From NCBI RefSeq assembly GCF_001194135.2, contig NC_068981.1:62245945-62309944 (forward strand): 64,000 bases of DNA, in the 5' to 3' direction. The notes under the pieces were generated by a model. The model was not told where the DNA came from, did not search any database, and saw nothing but the letters and a program-made list of their open reading frames with translations. This document shows, one piece after another, positions 13,243-25,939 of the stretch; position 1 is the first letter of the stretch, and each line of letters starts with the position of its first letter. The DNA is from Octopus bimaculoides. Lineage: Eukaryota. A program made the translations under genes and the position numbers.

Positions 13243-15160
13243 NNNNNNNNNNNNNNNNNNNNNNNNNNNNNNNNNNNNNNNNNNNNNNNNNNNNNNNNNN
13301 NNNNNNNNNNNNNNNNNNNNNNNNNNNNNNNNNNNNNNNNNNNNNNNNNNNNNNNNNNNNNNNNNNNNNNNNNNNNNNNNNNNNNNNNNNNNNNNNNNNN
13401 NNNNNNNNNNNNNNNNNNNNNNNNNNNNNNNNNNNNNNNNNNNNNNNNNNNNNNNNNNNNNNNNNNNNNNNNNNNNNNNNNNNNNNNNNNNNNNNNNNNN
13501 NNNNNNNNNNNNNNNNNNNNNNNNNNNNNNNNNNNNNNNNNNNNNNNNNNNNNNNNNNNNNNNNNNNNNNNNNNNNNNNNNNNNNNNNNNNNNNNNNNNN
13601 NNNNNNNNNNNNNNNNNNNNNNNNNNNNNNNNNNNNNNNNNNNNNNNNNNNNNNNNNTACCTACATCAACTTAGTATAAAAGCCGGTAGAAATTTCACCT
13701 TATCCTTATTCTTAGTGCAAGTTTTGAAGAGTGCAGTTTGATTTTAACAGTTATTTTTTTCAAATCTATAACGGAAGTGATAAAGGAGCTTATTCGGAAT
13801 ATTTTGCTTTATGAGCTCAATAAAAGCAACAACGCAACTGAATGGGTGAGGATTATTATTGTAGTATAGGGGGATCAGACAATAAGCGTAAGCCAATGTC
13901 AACGGTGGTTCAGTTGGCTTCAACCACGGCCTCCAGATAGTTTTGGAATGTCCTGCAACTTAATTAGTTAGAAACATTATAGTTAACCAAAAGTTTAATT
14001 ATAAATCTTCGTCTCCCTGAACGCATGGAATATTTTATTCTAGATCTTCCATATTATTCAGAAGTATCTAAAAACATGAGCTACTGAATAGATGCAATAG
14101 AGAACACTGAATTTGCTGTACCAATTGCAACAAAGAGCTAAATAACAAGAAATTTCATGAAATTTCGACATTCTAGAAATGTACAACTGAAAAATAATGC
14201 AGTTACTAACAAAGAAATCTACACGTGTATGATGAAAATATAACAGACAACAGAGTAATTACGTTGAGTAAAATTAAACAAAAAAAATTAATGAATTGCC
14301 ATTCTGAAGAAATTAGTTTTATGTTTGTATGTTTCCCAAGGTATTTACTATTACTGTTCACTATAGTGTCTTAAATTGTTCTTTACTTAAGATATTCATA
14401 TTTCATTGGAAAAACTAGAAAATAATTGGGATCTTATACTGGGGAATTAAGGATACGATAAAAGATTTTCAGTAAAATAATATTTTATAGTTCTAAACTA
14501 CAATGATAGCTTAATCAATAATTAATTCCAAGTGATTTGCTATCAAAGAAATATATGGAACGAAGTGAAGTGTGATTTTATTTGAAACCTCTTATAAGCT
14601 TTAGCATGCAATTCGGTCTTCATAAATTAAAGAGTAAAATCTGTTAATACTATAATCATCAATCTTGTAGTAACATACCAGCGATCACCTGAAGCGATTT
14701 TAGTACATTGATCAAAAGTGTCCAAAAAGTTCTAATAAAATTTTATCATATTATTTCCAAAAGGATTTTAAGATTAATGAACATGTCATAACCAGTTATT
14801 AATGAAGGAAGTACGTCCTTAATTTTGAACGAAGTATATCTGCGTAAATCATTTGAAGGAGAAGGCATACTTAGTATTTCTAATATTGACAGTGGAAAAT
14901 GCATTTTAAATATGGCCCATTATCATCTAATGAATTATTTCTGTGAGATAAAAGAAGAAACTCAGCACTAGTGCTGCTTGGAATTGGGAAGTTAGGCAAA
15001 GATCATACGGTATTAGGCCCAACACTGTATCATGTATCTTACACGAATTTCAATAGTTTCAATATTATAATCTTGTAATAATTCACTTATGCATTTAAGC
15101 ACACAGTAATTTCTTTAATACTGCTTGGCGGAATACTGGCGCTCATGTTACTATTCTTTA

Positions 15161-15204
<44 letters not shown>

Positions 15205-15206
<2 letters not shown>

Positions 15207-15715
15207 TGTATATATAGTTGTACGGATAATACATATATAACTGAGATTTAGTTGAATTAGGTACTTAAGTTGAAGCACCAAATCAGTGTGGTGTTATCCG
15301 TACAACTCCAAATAAGGTGAATAAAATCAAAATAAGCAACAGAATATCAAGAGGTGATGCAGTACAACCGTTTCAAGCGGCTCCATTTAATTGAGCAATG
15401 CAATGGTTGCATCAATTTAAATGCAGGGCTATCCTCAGCTGCATCAATAGAATTTTTAAACAGTTGGACATATAAATATAACGTTACTCAAATTTTCTAA
15501 TAGAGCAATACGAGGGAAAGAGTCTATGTTACTACTAATGTAGCTAAGAATATACTACACTTCTAAGAACTGTATGGAAGTTGTTAGGTTCATAGTTTGC
15601 AAAGGATTGTGGTTCATTTTTAATTTATTAGTGTTTTTTTTATAAACAACCAAATCTAAAGCTAGAGGACAGTGTTTGTTTAAGATTAAGGGGGTGTGTT
15701 TACAGTTTATAGTTG

Positions 15716-15718
<3 letters not shown>
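15205..15718 (-). mobile_element. ~0.5-kb non-coding segment between two (TA)n tracts carrying the hammerhead; possible Penelope-type terminal repeat or retrozyme-like unit
   Basis: Bounded by (TA)n at ~15160-15204 and ~15718-15757 and contains the hammerhead motif. Boundaries are inferred only from the microsatellites. Confidence 0.35.
15355..15446 (-). ncRNA. Type I hammerhead ribozyme candidate
   Basis: Minus strand: tgatgcag-CTGAGGA-[57-nt stem II hairpin]-GAAAC-ggtt-GTA-ctgcatca. Perfect 8-bp stem I, complete core, GUA cleavage triplet. The stem II closing pair is U-U. Confidence 0.7.
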
Positions 15719-15758
<40 letters not shown>

Positions 15759-16549
15759 CCACTCGAAGACAAGCTAAATATCATATATTCATCGTGCGAC
15801 CGGGATACTATAGAAAACTGCCAATGTTTAGGCAGTAAGGGGTTATTCGTTTTAAGGTATTCATGAGTGCGCATTTCTTATACTTATGTTATCCATAATA
15901 TGACATACTTTTTTGACTTGCATATAAACTTTAAGGCTATTGTTTTTTTTTAATTGATTCTAAAGAGGATTGCCTCCGCAAAATCTGCTTCAGTGTCTCC
16001 GCTAAATCCTGCAACATATATTCACATTTCCCAACATCATGTGAGAAACATAATGAAGGGCTAATATTTCAAATGACAAAAATAAAGGTCATCTATGATG
16101 TATTATGCAAAGAACATCAAGTGGGTCCGTGCAGCTAGTATATTAATGGTTATATGTATCTAAACGCTCTACATATATACCGTTACATGATAAATCACTC
16201 CCGGAATACATGACTTCTGAACTTAATTCAAAATAGATTGGCAACCAGTTCTGGAGAACCATCTTTATATATTCCTAGAATAGGTTACGCCACCCATTCC
16301 TTAACTTTAAAAAAAATCTCACGATTAACTTAACAGATTTATACTTTTCGAAGCATATAAGAAAATGCGATAACAAATCAAAACGCACACATACATTGAG
16401 AGGAATAATGTATATGTGCATGCGATTTATATATTTGATAACTTTTAGTTGACAGGCTTAGTTTGCTTTATGTGCCATAGATTTTAAGTTCAATAGAGTT
16501 TTAGGTATCAATGACCGTTTTCATTATCTTTTCAATTTTCCGGGTTTTA

Positions 16550-17030
16550 TTTGTATTTTGTTTTATCGGATTTCCTTGTTTGCTACCTGCAACCATCTGA
16601 CGATTTATGTTGCAAGTTTCTTGCTTCTATTTGTGCTTTTTTAACTATAAGAACGTGTCTGCTTAAAGGACGCATTGAGTTAATGTTTGGCCTCTGTTTC
16701 TGTTGTGTCGACGCCCCCAAGCGAATAAAGTAGGCTCGACCAATACTTATAAATAGAGATAGCCTGACCGTGGTAGGAGTTGAGTAGTGAACTGCCAAGG
16801 GACTAACTGTTAAGTAGCTGTCCAGTAGCTGGCGCGTAGAGATCATCCGAAGGTGTGAGATAGCAATAGCTTGAGACATAACAGTTTCGTGTCTCCTACA
16901 CCCAAGAATCGTGTGTTTTGACGTTGCAAGATTGAATGGTATTGTGCAAGCGTTGAAACCTAGCAGTGAGGCTCATAGTTTAAATTCTTCTGAAGAAAAT
17001 TTGTTTGTTGTCATTTCGGGGTCAATATAC
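16550..17030 (+). mobile_element. Possible solo LTR or unclassified repeat
   Basis: GC-richer non-coding island with aataaa (~16724), cttataaatag (~16747) and TG.../...CA-compatible ends. No TSD identified. Confidence 0.2.
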
Positions 17031-18149
17031 ACAACGCCAATCCCATACTGGAGTCGTACTTCTCTTTCCCGGTCTTTTGTTTCAACTCAAAATTTTACTG
17101 GAAATAACTGCTAAATTAAAACTATTTGGATTGGATATAGATATACTAAAATAATACAAATAGTACTGAAATATAAGCAGTTTCCTGAGTAATAGATCAT
17201 CAATTTTTGACTTGACATCTAATTCCTAATTTGAGTTTTATAAACGTTGTATAAACTTTGGCAAAAAAGAGAATTTAGAACATTTTGCCTACGAGCCAAA
17301 GCAGCATGTACTTCGTTATATCGAAGTGTATGCATACTTCAGATCAATGGAATACTGGGGCTACATTACATCAATATGGTTTGTGTTATGCTTACACATA
17401 ATCATTGTTTATTTAATGCGACTGTCAAATTATCGGCAGCTGAAAGAGGAAGAATTTAGATGATCAATGTGGGTAAGAGAAATTCCGAATCATATTCTGA
17501 AAAGAAAATTATACAGTGATTATATATAACTCCACTAATGTTTTAGCATGTGAATGAGAGGGTTTTGTTAAGCCAGCTACTATATCTCGAGCAATACACA
17601 CAATTCTGAAACAGTGAAGGATATGCACCGAAACGTATTCCAAATTCAGGTTGTTTTCCATGAATAAAGACGACCACACAACGTTTTTTTGAAAAATAGC
17701 AATGCAAGAAATAGTTTAAGGTTTAGATATACAAAGCATCGTTGTTTGCCCAATGTTTCGTTTTGTCTTGCGGATGGGCTGACGAATTACTTTAGTAGGT
17801 TTATTGTCAAAGGGAGGAGATTTTAAGAAATGAAGTGATGATGCATTACGACTCATTTCTGAGAAAGAGTCTCCTCGAGAATCGTTCAGTAGTCACCAAT
17901 AACTTCATACATTCGTCGAATGAGCCATAAACAATTCGCGGCACCACTCCCACCCGACACATACAAATATACGTGTATATATATATATATATACATATGA
18001 ATGTATCTATATACTTTCTGCACTCCAAATCTTGGTAAAATCATTGAATTGGTTGGTTGGCAGAAACATAAAAATGCACTTCTAACTTACTCTAAAATGT
18101 CTCAAGTAGATTCAGTAAATGGCAAAAATAAAAGGCTTGGGAACATCAG

Positions 18150-21100
18150 GAGAAGCAATCTGGCTCGGCAGGTGTCCTAGTGAATCACAGGCTGGACCCG
18201 TCGTAATCCTGCCACTGTGGTCAAACAATCTTCAAGAAACATTTAAAATAAAAATTCTTTGAATTTTGGTTGTTGGAATGTGCGCACACTTCTTGATAAT
18301 TTCAACAAGACGCCAGAAATGCGTTCTGCACTTATTTCACGTTAGCTTAAGAAATATTCCCGTGATATAGTTGCGCTCTCTGAAACTCGTCTCTCTAGTG
18401 AGGATCAAGTGGATGAACCTACTATCTTTTGGGGGTGCGTTCCTATGGGTCAGCTTAGAGAATCTTGTGTTGGGTTTGCTCTCAAGAATACATTAGTGTC
18501 CCCCATTGCAGTGCTTCCAAGTGGTAAACTGAAAAAAGTTAGGTTTCTTACCGTTGTAAGTATTTATGCACCAACAATGTCCCATTCTGATGAAAATGTA
18601 GGACAGTTTTATGATGACCTAGCAAAATTATTCAGGTAAGTCCCAATTTCTGATAAGCAGGTCATATTGAAAGACTATGTTTCATGGCCTGTTTTAGGTC
18701 GACATGGGATTGTAAAATGCAATAAAAACGGAGTAGCTCTTTTGACGTTTTGTACTGAGAATAATCTAGTTGTCACCAACACTTTGTTTAAGCAGAAAAA
18801 TAAATATAAACCAACTGGATGCACCCAAGACCTAAGCACTAGCACCTCATAGATTATATTCTGACCAGAAAACGTGATATGAAAGACGTTTTTGCGTCCG
18901 GGCCATGCGAAGGGCAGAGAGCTGGACTAAGCCTCATCAAGTGTGTGGGAAAATAGATTTTTTCGATAATGTCTAAAAATCGACATTCTAGTCCTAAGAT
19001 ACCCCAAAAGGTTAAATGCTGCAAACTTTAAATTATCAAGCAGCTTGCAAAGATTCCATGATGTTATAGAAAGCATCAATCTTGACCCAGACAACTTATG
19101 GGAAAATTTCAAAACAAAAGTATTTCAGGCTGCAAGTTCCTCAGTGAGGTTTACATCACATAAGTCCAGTGACTGGTTCTCAAATAGATCAGAAGAAATT
19201 CATTATCTTCGTTTAGAAAAATAAAACTTTGGAAATACGCTTCTTTCTCAGTCCTTGGACCCCAACACAAACGAAGCTTGCAGAAAGCTGAAAAGAAAAG
19301 TGCAGACAGCTCTAAGGAAAATTAAACAGGGATTGTGGAATGATAGAGCAAAAAGGACACAAAAAGCAGCTGATAGAAGTGAAGCCAAGGGTTTGTACTC
19401 TTATGTTAAGGGGGTTTATGGCATAAAAACTTCAAAAGCTCAAGTGAGAACAGCAAATGGACGTTTGTTTCTGACTCACACCAATTCTATTCATGAGCGA
19501 TGGGTAGAACATTTTTCTGCACATTTCTGCACATCATCCGCTAACATGTCGATAGAAAAAAAAATCGAGCACATTCCAGTTATAGAAGAGATGGCATTTG
19601 AACCAACTCTAAATGACATTTATTTAACTGTGAATAAGCTGAATAATAATAAGTCTCCAGGGTCTGTCGGAATCTGTACAGAAGTCTTGAAATATGGGGG
19701 TAACAAAATGTTTGAACTCTTAAATATATTAATTTGTCACTGACGGAGAACTGAGGAAGTTCCTCGGGACTGGATTGATGCCATTTTAGTCTCCTTGTAT
19801 ATATCGCGGGCCAAAGGATCTGTGTGGTAATTTTTGTGGGATTTCGCTTTTGTCTGTGGTTGGAAAAGTACCTGCCCACATTTCGTTAGAATGTTTAAAT
19901 ACCTTTATAGTTCCAAATATAGTGTCTGAGTCTCAGTGTGGTTTTCTTTCCTCCAGGAACACAGCTGATTGTCAGCTGTCAGACAATTACAAGAAAAGTG
20001 CATTAAACAGAATCTTATTCTATACCATTGATTTGTTCATTTGAGCAAAGCATTCGATGCTGTTAATCTAAATGCTCTGTGGCTAATTCTAAGGACAAAT
20101 AGGTTGCCCAAAAAATGTGTAAACTCGATCAGGGCTTTGGATCAAGATATGAAAGCTAGAGGTAATTTTGGAGGTTGGGTCTCTGAATGTTTTGCTGTGT
20201 ATATTTTGTTGTGATGTCATATGCTTTTCAAATCTTTGAGGAAGGTATTTACATAAAATATCGAACAACGGAGAATGTTTTTAATCCGACTAGACTGAAA
20301 TTCGAAACGAAGGTTTTTACTTCACTCATTAGGGAACTTTTGAACATTGGTGATTGCGATCTTGTGAGTCATTCTGAAACAGGTCTGCAATCTCTTTGTA
20401 TCTGCTTTTGACTCGGCTTTTGATGATTTTAGTTGGACGATCAACTTGAAAAAACAGTCGTAATGCATCAACCTGCGTATGGTGTTGTTTGTAATCCTCC
20501 TAAAATTTTTATTAAAGGTAATTTATTTGAGGTTGTCGACTCGTTAGTCTACCTTGGAAGCTCTATTCAAAATGATGGAAATCTTGATACAGAAATACAG
20601 TTGCGAATTCAAAGGGCAGCAAAAGCATTTGGTGGCCTGGAGTCACGTGCTCGGTACCAGCAACATACATATAAGAATGCAAAGCTGGCTCTTTACAAAT
20701 CATTTGCCTTACCATCCCCGCTGTATTCCTGTGAAACTTGGACTTGTTATGAAAGGCATTTTAAATTGTTAGAACAGTTCCAACAAAAATGGCTTCATCA
20801 CATTTTAAAAATTAGATGGAGTTCTTTTGCTCCAAACACAGATGTCGTTGCATCTGCAGGCATGACCTCAATTAAAGCTATGAATTTGAGGAACCAATTG
20901 AGATGGTGGCGCCATATTGTTCGAATGGTGGATGAAAGCGTGCCGAAACAGCTGTTTTATGGTGAGCGGCGTAAACCTAAAAAAAGATTTAAGAATGGCA
21001 TAAGGATTACTGTGAAGTCACTAGAAATGGTTCCACAAGATAGGGAAACCCTTTCTTGGAATCGCGTTGGATGGCGAACAAAGGTGTGGAGTGGGGTGAA

Positions 21101-21530
21101 AACACTTGAAGAGGCCATTAAGACTCAAAAGAGATCTAAGAAAGAATGTAACGATCGATAAAGTGAATCAGAATGACCTTTTTGTATGCACAGTCTGTAA
21201 CAGACTGTATTTTGCTGGTCTCAAATCATATCTGCGAATGCATGGAAAACAAACCTTCACCAACTATTCTGCCTATATGTCTGCGCACATCTGTGAATGC
21301 CGTGTATGCTAGAAGGTTTACAAATCTAGCGGAGGCACCAAGACACATTTCAAGATCCACAAAGGGTAGATCTTATCTGCATCTCTTGGTGGTACAAATC
21401 GGAGGTGCAACCTATGCAGGTATCTTTTTAGAACATTGTATGGATTAAAAAGCCACATCAGATGCTATGATGGTGCTAAGTTGTAGGTACAGGAGATAGT
21501 CAAACTCTGCTTAAGGAGTAGACAACCACC
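18150..21530 (+). mobile_element. Near full-length degenerate RTE-clade LINE (APE, RT, three C2H2 fingers)
   Basis: GCWNVRTLLD, DIVALSETR, VSIYAPT, GRHGI.KCNKNG..LL.FC.ENNLV.TNTLF (APE); KSPG..GI..EVLKYGG, GISLLSVVGK, ESQCGF, LSKAFDAVN, ELLNIGDC (decayed YADD), YLGS, LYSCETWT, QLRWWRHIVRM...PKQLFYGE; C2H2 fingers at 21187-21468. Confidence 0.93.
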
Positions 21531-21574
21531 CATATATGTGCGTGTGTGTGTGTGTGTGAGTGTGTGTATACACA

Positions 21575-21627
<53 letters not shown>

Positions 21628-22811
21628 GTATGTTTGTATGTATGTATATGCCAGTCTTCCGCAAAATCTCCCTCCATAAATTTTCATTGATGATCCATTG
21701 TTCACACCAAATAATCCTATAGTGTACTTTTCTTCCTTTTGCATTAGAGAATCAAACACGGACTCGCTTGGTTGCGTAGCAAACTTTGTAACGACGTGAA
21801 CAACTATTTGCATTTTCGGAAATGCAAAAGTTGAAAACAAAAATCTTCTATTACTGCATATAAATGCATTTACCAATGAAACTTTAGATTATTCAATGTT
21901 ACTAACGATAAAATAGATGGTCTCTTTCTATAGATACGCTTGAAATAGGGGAACCAATTAGTTACGTTACTGAAGCTATTTCTATAGGTTAATCTAAAGA
22001 CGTAATGTCAGTTTTGCCGTTCATTATATGTTTAGATGTAACGATTATGTGCATTTCTTATATATTCATTTAGAAATAAATTAGATAAAAGGATTTTAGG
22101 AATTGATACGCATTAGGAGTGATTTAATTATTATAGCATTCGAGATTGTTTACTGAAGCATCTAAAATAAGTTTCCTTGCAGGTTCGGTAATGATTAAAG
22201 TGTTTGTTGTTCGTTTTGTTCAGTAAACACACACTTGACTTCAATCAACCTTTGCCCTGTAGGTATATTTTATTTTATTTCTTCCTAATCGAAGTACGAT
22301 TTCATCGTAAATCAGTTTCTAACAGAGATTCAATACCTAGAATATGGCATTTTCTTTTGTGGACGTTCAATAAATCGACCCGTTTTTGACGTGACATTTA
22401 CGTTTTTATTTCAGAATCTATCATAGGCTGTTTAATAGGTGGTTACGAAAATCGTAGCATTTATCTTAAAATTTTGTGTCCAAGAAGCCAGAGATTATTT
22501 ACCTGTTAACCTTTACGTATATGTTGAATCATTTTATAATACAACTTATATATTATAGTAAAATGAACATGTTCTTTGTTTTTAAACACACTATTTAAAA
22601 CTAGTTTCACCCGAGCTACTACAAACTAGAAATGTTAAATATCTCTCAACTCAGACTCCTACTTTCTATTATTTTCAACACTCCAGCGCATGCCTGTTGA
22701 CCGTTTTCTGCATTTCAGCTTGTCTTACAAAGTCCCTTTGGAAAATTCAAATTTGATTGCAAAGAATTCGAATTTGATGGCAAGGAATCCAAACTTGATT
22801 GAAAACATCTA

Positions 22812-22977
<166 letters not shown>

Positions 22978-23959
22978 GGACAATTTTGAAATGGTTAATG
23001 TCTTGTTATGTTTCCTCTGATTTTCTTTTACTTATCATAATAGCTTTCTTTGTGAGTTTAGGTTGACTTTGTTTATAATTTCTTATTAACATTGTTCTAT
23101 ATTTTAAAATGTTTTGGCCATATTTGGTGGTTCAAAAATTAAGCGAATGATATTTCATGACAATTAATTCCAAATGAAAAGCAAAAAACAGAAAAGACTA
23201 AATTAATATTACATGCTATATTTCCCAGCATATGTAATATTTGTGAAAATTAAATAGCATTTCTAATTAAGTTTAACGTGACATAATATATTCCTGTGAG
23301 CAGTTTATTTGCATTACATTATTCAGTTATTTTGAATAAATTTTTCTTCCAAGATTCATCCAAAATTCATTTGGTTATTCTAAGAATATATCGAAGGTCA
23401 TTAAGTCCTGATCAGTGTTTTGTTTTGAGTTTTATTTGCTTTAAAAGCTGGAGCAAAATCCACCCATCATCCATTTGTGCTACATTAAACCGTTCTTCGT
23501 CCGAGTCGTTATATAAAAAAAATATTTAATCGAAAACTACATACAGTATGACAACAAAGTTGATCTAATCACAAAATGCAATGAAACATAATTTGAATTT
23601 TTGCTATCGACTTAATTACATAATAATATATCATTAAACTAATTAATTCAGAAATTTGTGGTATACAGGGATTAGCTAAAAACTTTAACAAGTTGTTCAT
23701 AATGTTTTGCAATCTATAATACACTTCGTAGTTCCCAAAATCTTGTAAGGATATAATAGAGTGAAGGATACTACAACTATGGAAACTGCTGTGTTACAAA
23801 TCGTACAAGAGACATTATATTTGCAGTAGTCAAATAAGGGATGGAATATTTTTGACGCAACCACTATAATTTGGAGCATTATCAGAAGGCTGTCACGAGA
23901 ATTATTTGAGCGATGAATACATATACATACATACATACATACATACATACATACATACA

Positions 23960-24320
23960 TACTGAGGGATCAGAGTTCTCTTTCAAACAGGGTCAACGCT
24001 TTACAGTGATAAATAACTTCACATGTGCTTCAGAGAATCTAATATATGTATCAACTTGCTCTGAGTGTCAAGAGCAATACATCGGTAAAAACAAAAACGC
24101 GCAAAGATGGCTCTACATAGATTCCAGATCAAAATTCGGGAATACGGAATAACAAAAAAAATTCAGTGAACATATCGACGCCTGCGCCACTAACAAAACA
24201 ACCTAGCTTCAGAATTGTTCACCACTATAAATTCAGGGATGACGCAACCTGTAGTCAGCGCATTAGTAAAGCGACTATTTTATCACAAAATATAAAGCCC
24301 TTTTGAATACGTCCACCAAA
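23960..24320 (+). mobile_element. Penelope-like element, GIY-YIG endonuclease fragment
   Basis: NNFTCASENLIYVSTCSECQEQYIGK, followed by FSEHIDAC; 5'-truncated at a (TACA)n tract. Confidence 0.8.
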
Positions 24321-24563
24321 AATAACACTATTACAAGTGTCTTGGAATATTACCCACTCAAATATTAAAAGCGTTATATTCAGAACAATCACTACCCATG
24401 ATTTATTCAGAACAATTCCAATCACTTTTACAAACACAACAGGTCACTTTAGGTCACTTGACCATTTAAGAGGATTCCACCAACATCCTACTACTGTCAT
24501 AACCCGTCCGCATTTTTATTATTCTTTCTTTTCTTTTTAATCTTCTTCTTCTTCTTCTTCTTC

Positions 24564-24632
<69 letters not shown>

Positions 24633-25450
24633 GTCTTCTTCTTATTATTATTATTCTTTTTCTTCTTCTTCTTTGCCACCGCCTTACTCAGCAACCACTG
24701 CTACGTAAACAACCTAACCAAGAACTCATATCAAATATTAGGATTACTACTACCTGCTACCTGCCACCAAACCCTCACAAGAATCAAAGAGAGACAGCGA
24801 CAGACAGAAAGGAAAATGCCCCTTGCATTTCAAAACTATGGAAATATTTCTAAAACCGATTTCATTTAATTTTCCCACAATTTAAATTTTTTTCATGCTT
24901 CACTCTAAGTTAAAAAAGTCGCAAAGACTGAAATCGGTACTAAAATGTTTTTCATGATAAAATCATTTTACCATTTTCTAACTTGTCTTATTTTCCTTAT
25001 ACATACTTGTATGTATATATAAATTTAGTAAATATAGTAAAACGCATTTGCTAAATGAATTCTTTTATTTCCAACATGTTTCGAAGATTACAAATTATAC
25101 CTTCTATAGGAATAGGTGATGTTTATATGGATGTAATCTTCTCTTCAGGGAAATACATAGGAACCAGCTTAACCGTAAGACATTTTAACCGAATATGATA
25201 ACTGTAGTTAGAGAAGATTGCTACGTAATTTATTTCAAAAAGCCGCTGGAGGCCGGAACGGCACCAGACAGCACGTCGGGCGAGAAGGGAAGAAAAGAAG
25301 GGAAAAAAAGAAATATAGAGTATAGAACCGGGAGACAACAAAACGACTTAAATCCGACGAAAACTGGAGAGGAATGTTTCACCTACAATGGGACCGTAAA
25401 AGGGAGTCAATCCTGCATCTACACAAGCAGTGCTGACATAAATGTGCACA

Positions 25451-25489
<39 letters not shown>

Positions 25490-25510
25490 CCATGCATACA
25501 CACATATATT

Positions 25511-25576
<66 letters not shown>

Positions 25577-25876
25577 TCCATATACACACACATATATACA
25601 CACACACACATACATATACATACACACACATACACAACCCCACACATATATATAAATGTGTACACACATGTATATATACACAAACACACACACACAAACA
25701 CACACACACGCACACACGGACACACACACGCACCCGCACACACACCCTAGTACGTATACACATATATATATACCGGAGTAAGCACATAAATGCGAAACAA
25801 CGTGGAAAAACAGTACTCGAATACCAGAAGAAGAGTAATATGGTTTATTGAAACACAGCAGAAATATCACAAACAT

Positions 25877-25939
25877 TGTTACTCAGAGTTTCATGTTCCC
25901 GTTCGTCGAACGAACGCGGATGTCAAACTCTGAGTAACA
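25877..25939. repeat. Palindrome with 15-bp perfect arms resembling inverted hammerhead halves
   Basis: tgttactcagagttt (25877-25891) pairs with aaactctgagtaaca (25925-25939). The minus strand reads TCGACGA-acgggaacat-GAAAC-tctga-GTA. Confidence 0.6.

Noticed and set aside
13065-14970. Protein-looking stretches on + (YLGKYLYKSFEEE, LKSAV, NLRLP, HYHL) with apparent echoes on - at 49100-52650 (FIGKTIY, LKDAV, NLRLP, HYHL)
   Set aside because: Frames are full of stops, motif order and spacing disagree between the two loci, and such short matches and 50-80-codon open frames are expected by chance in AT-rich DNA. A TBLASTX self-comparison would settle it.
17604-17640. Hammerhead-like ctgaaacagtg...caccgaaacgta, and similar partial motifs at ~3357 and ~37280
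   Set aside because: The core is corrupted and no stem I can be formed.
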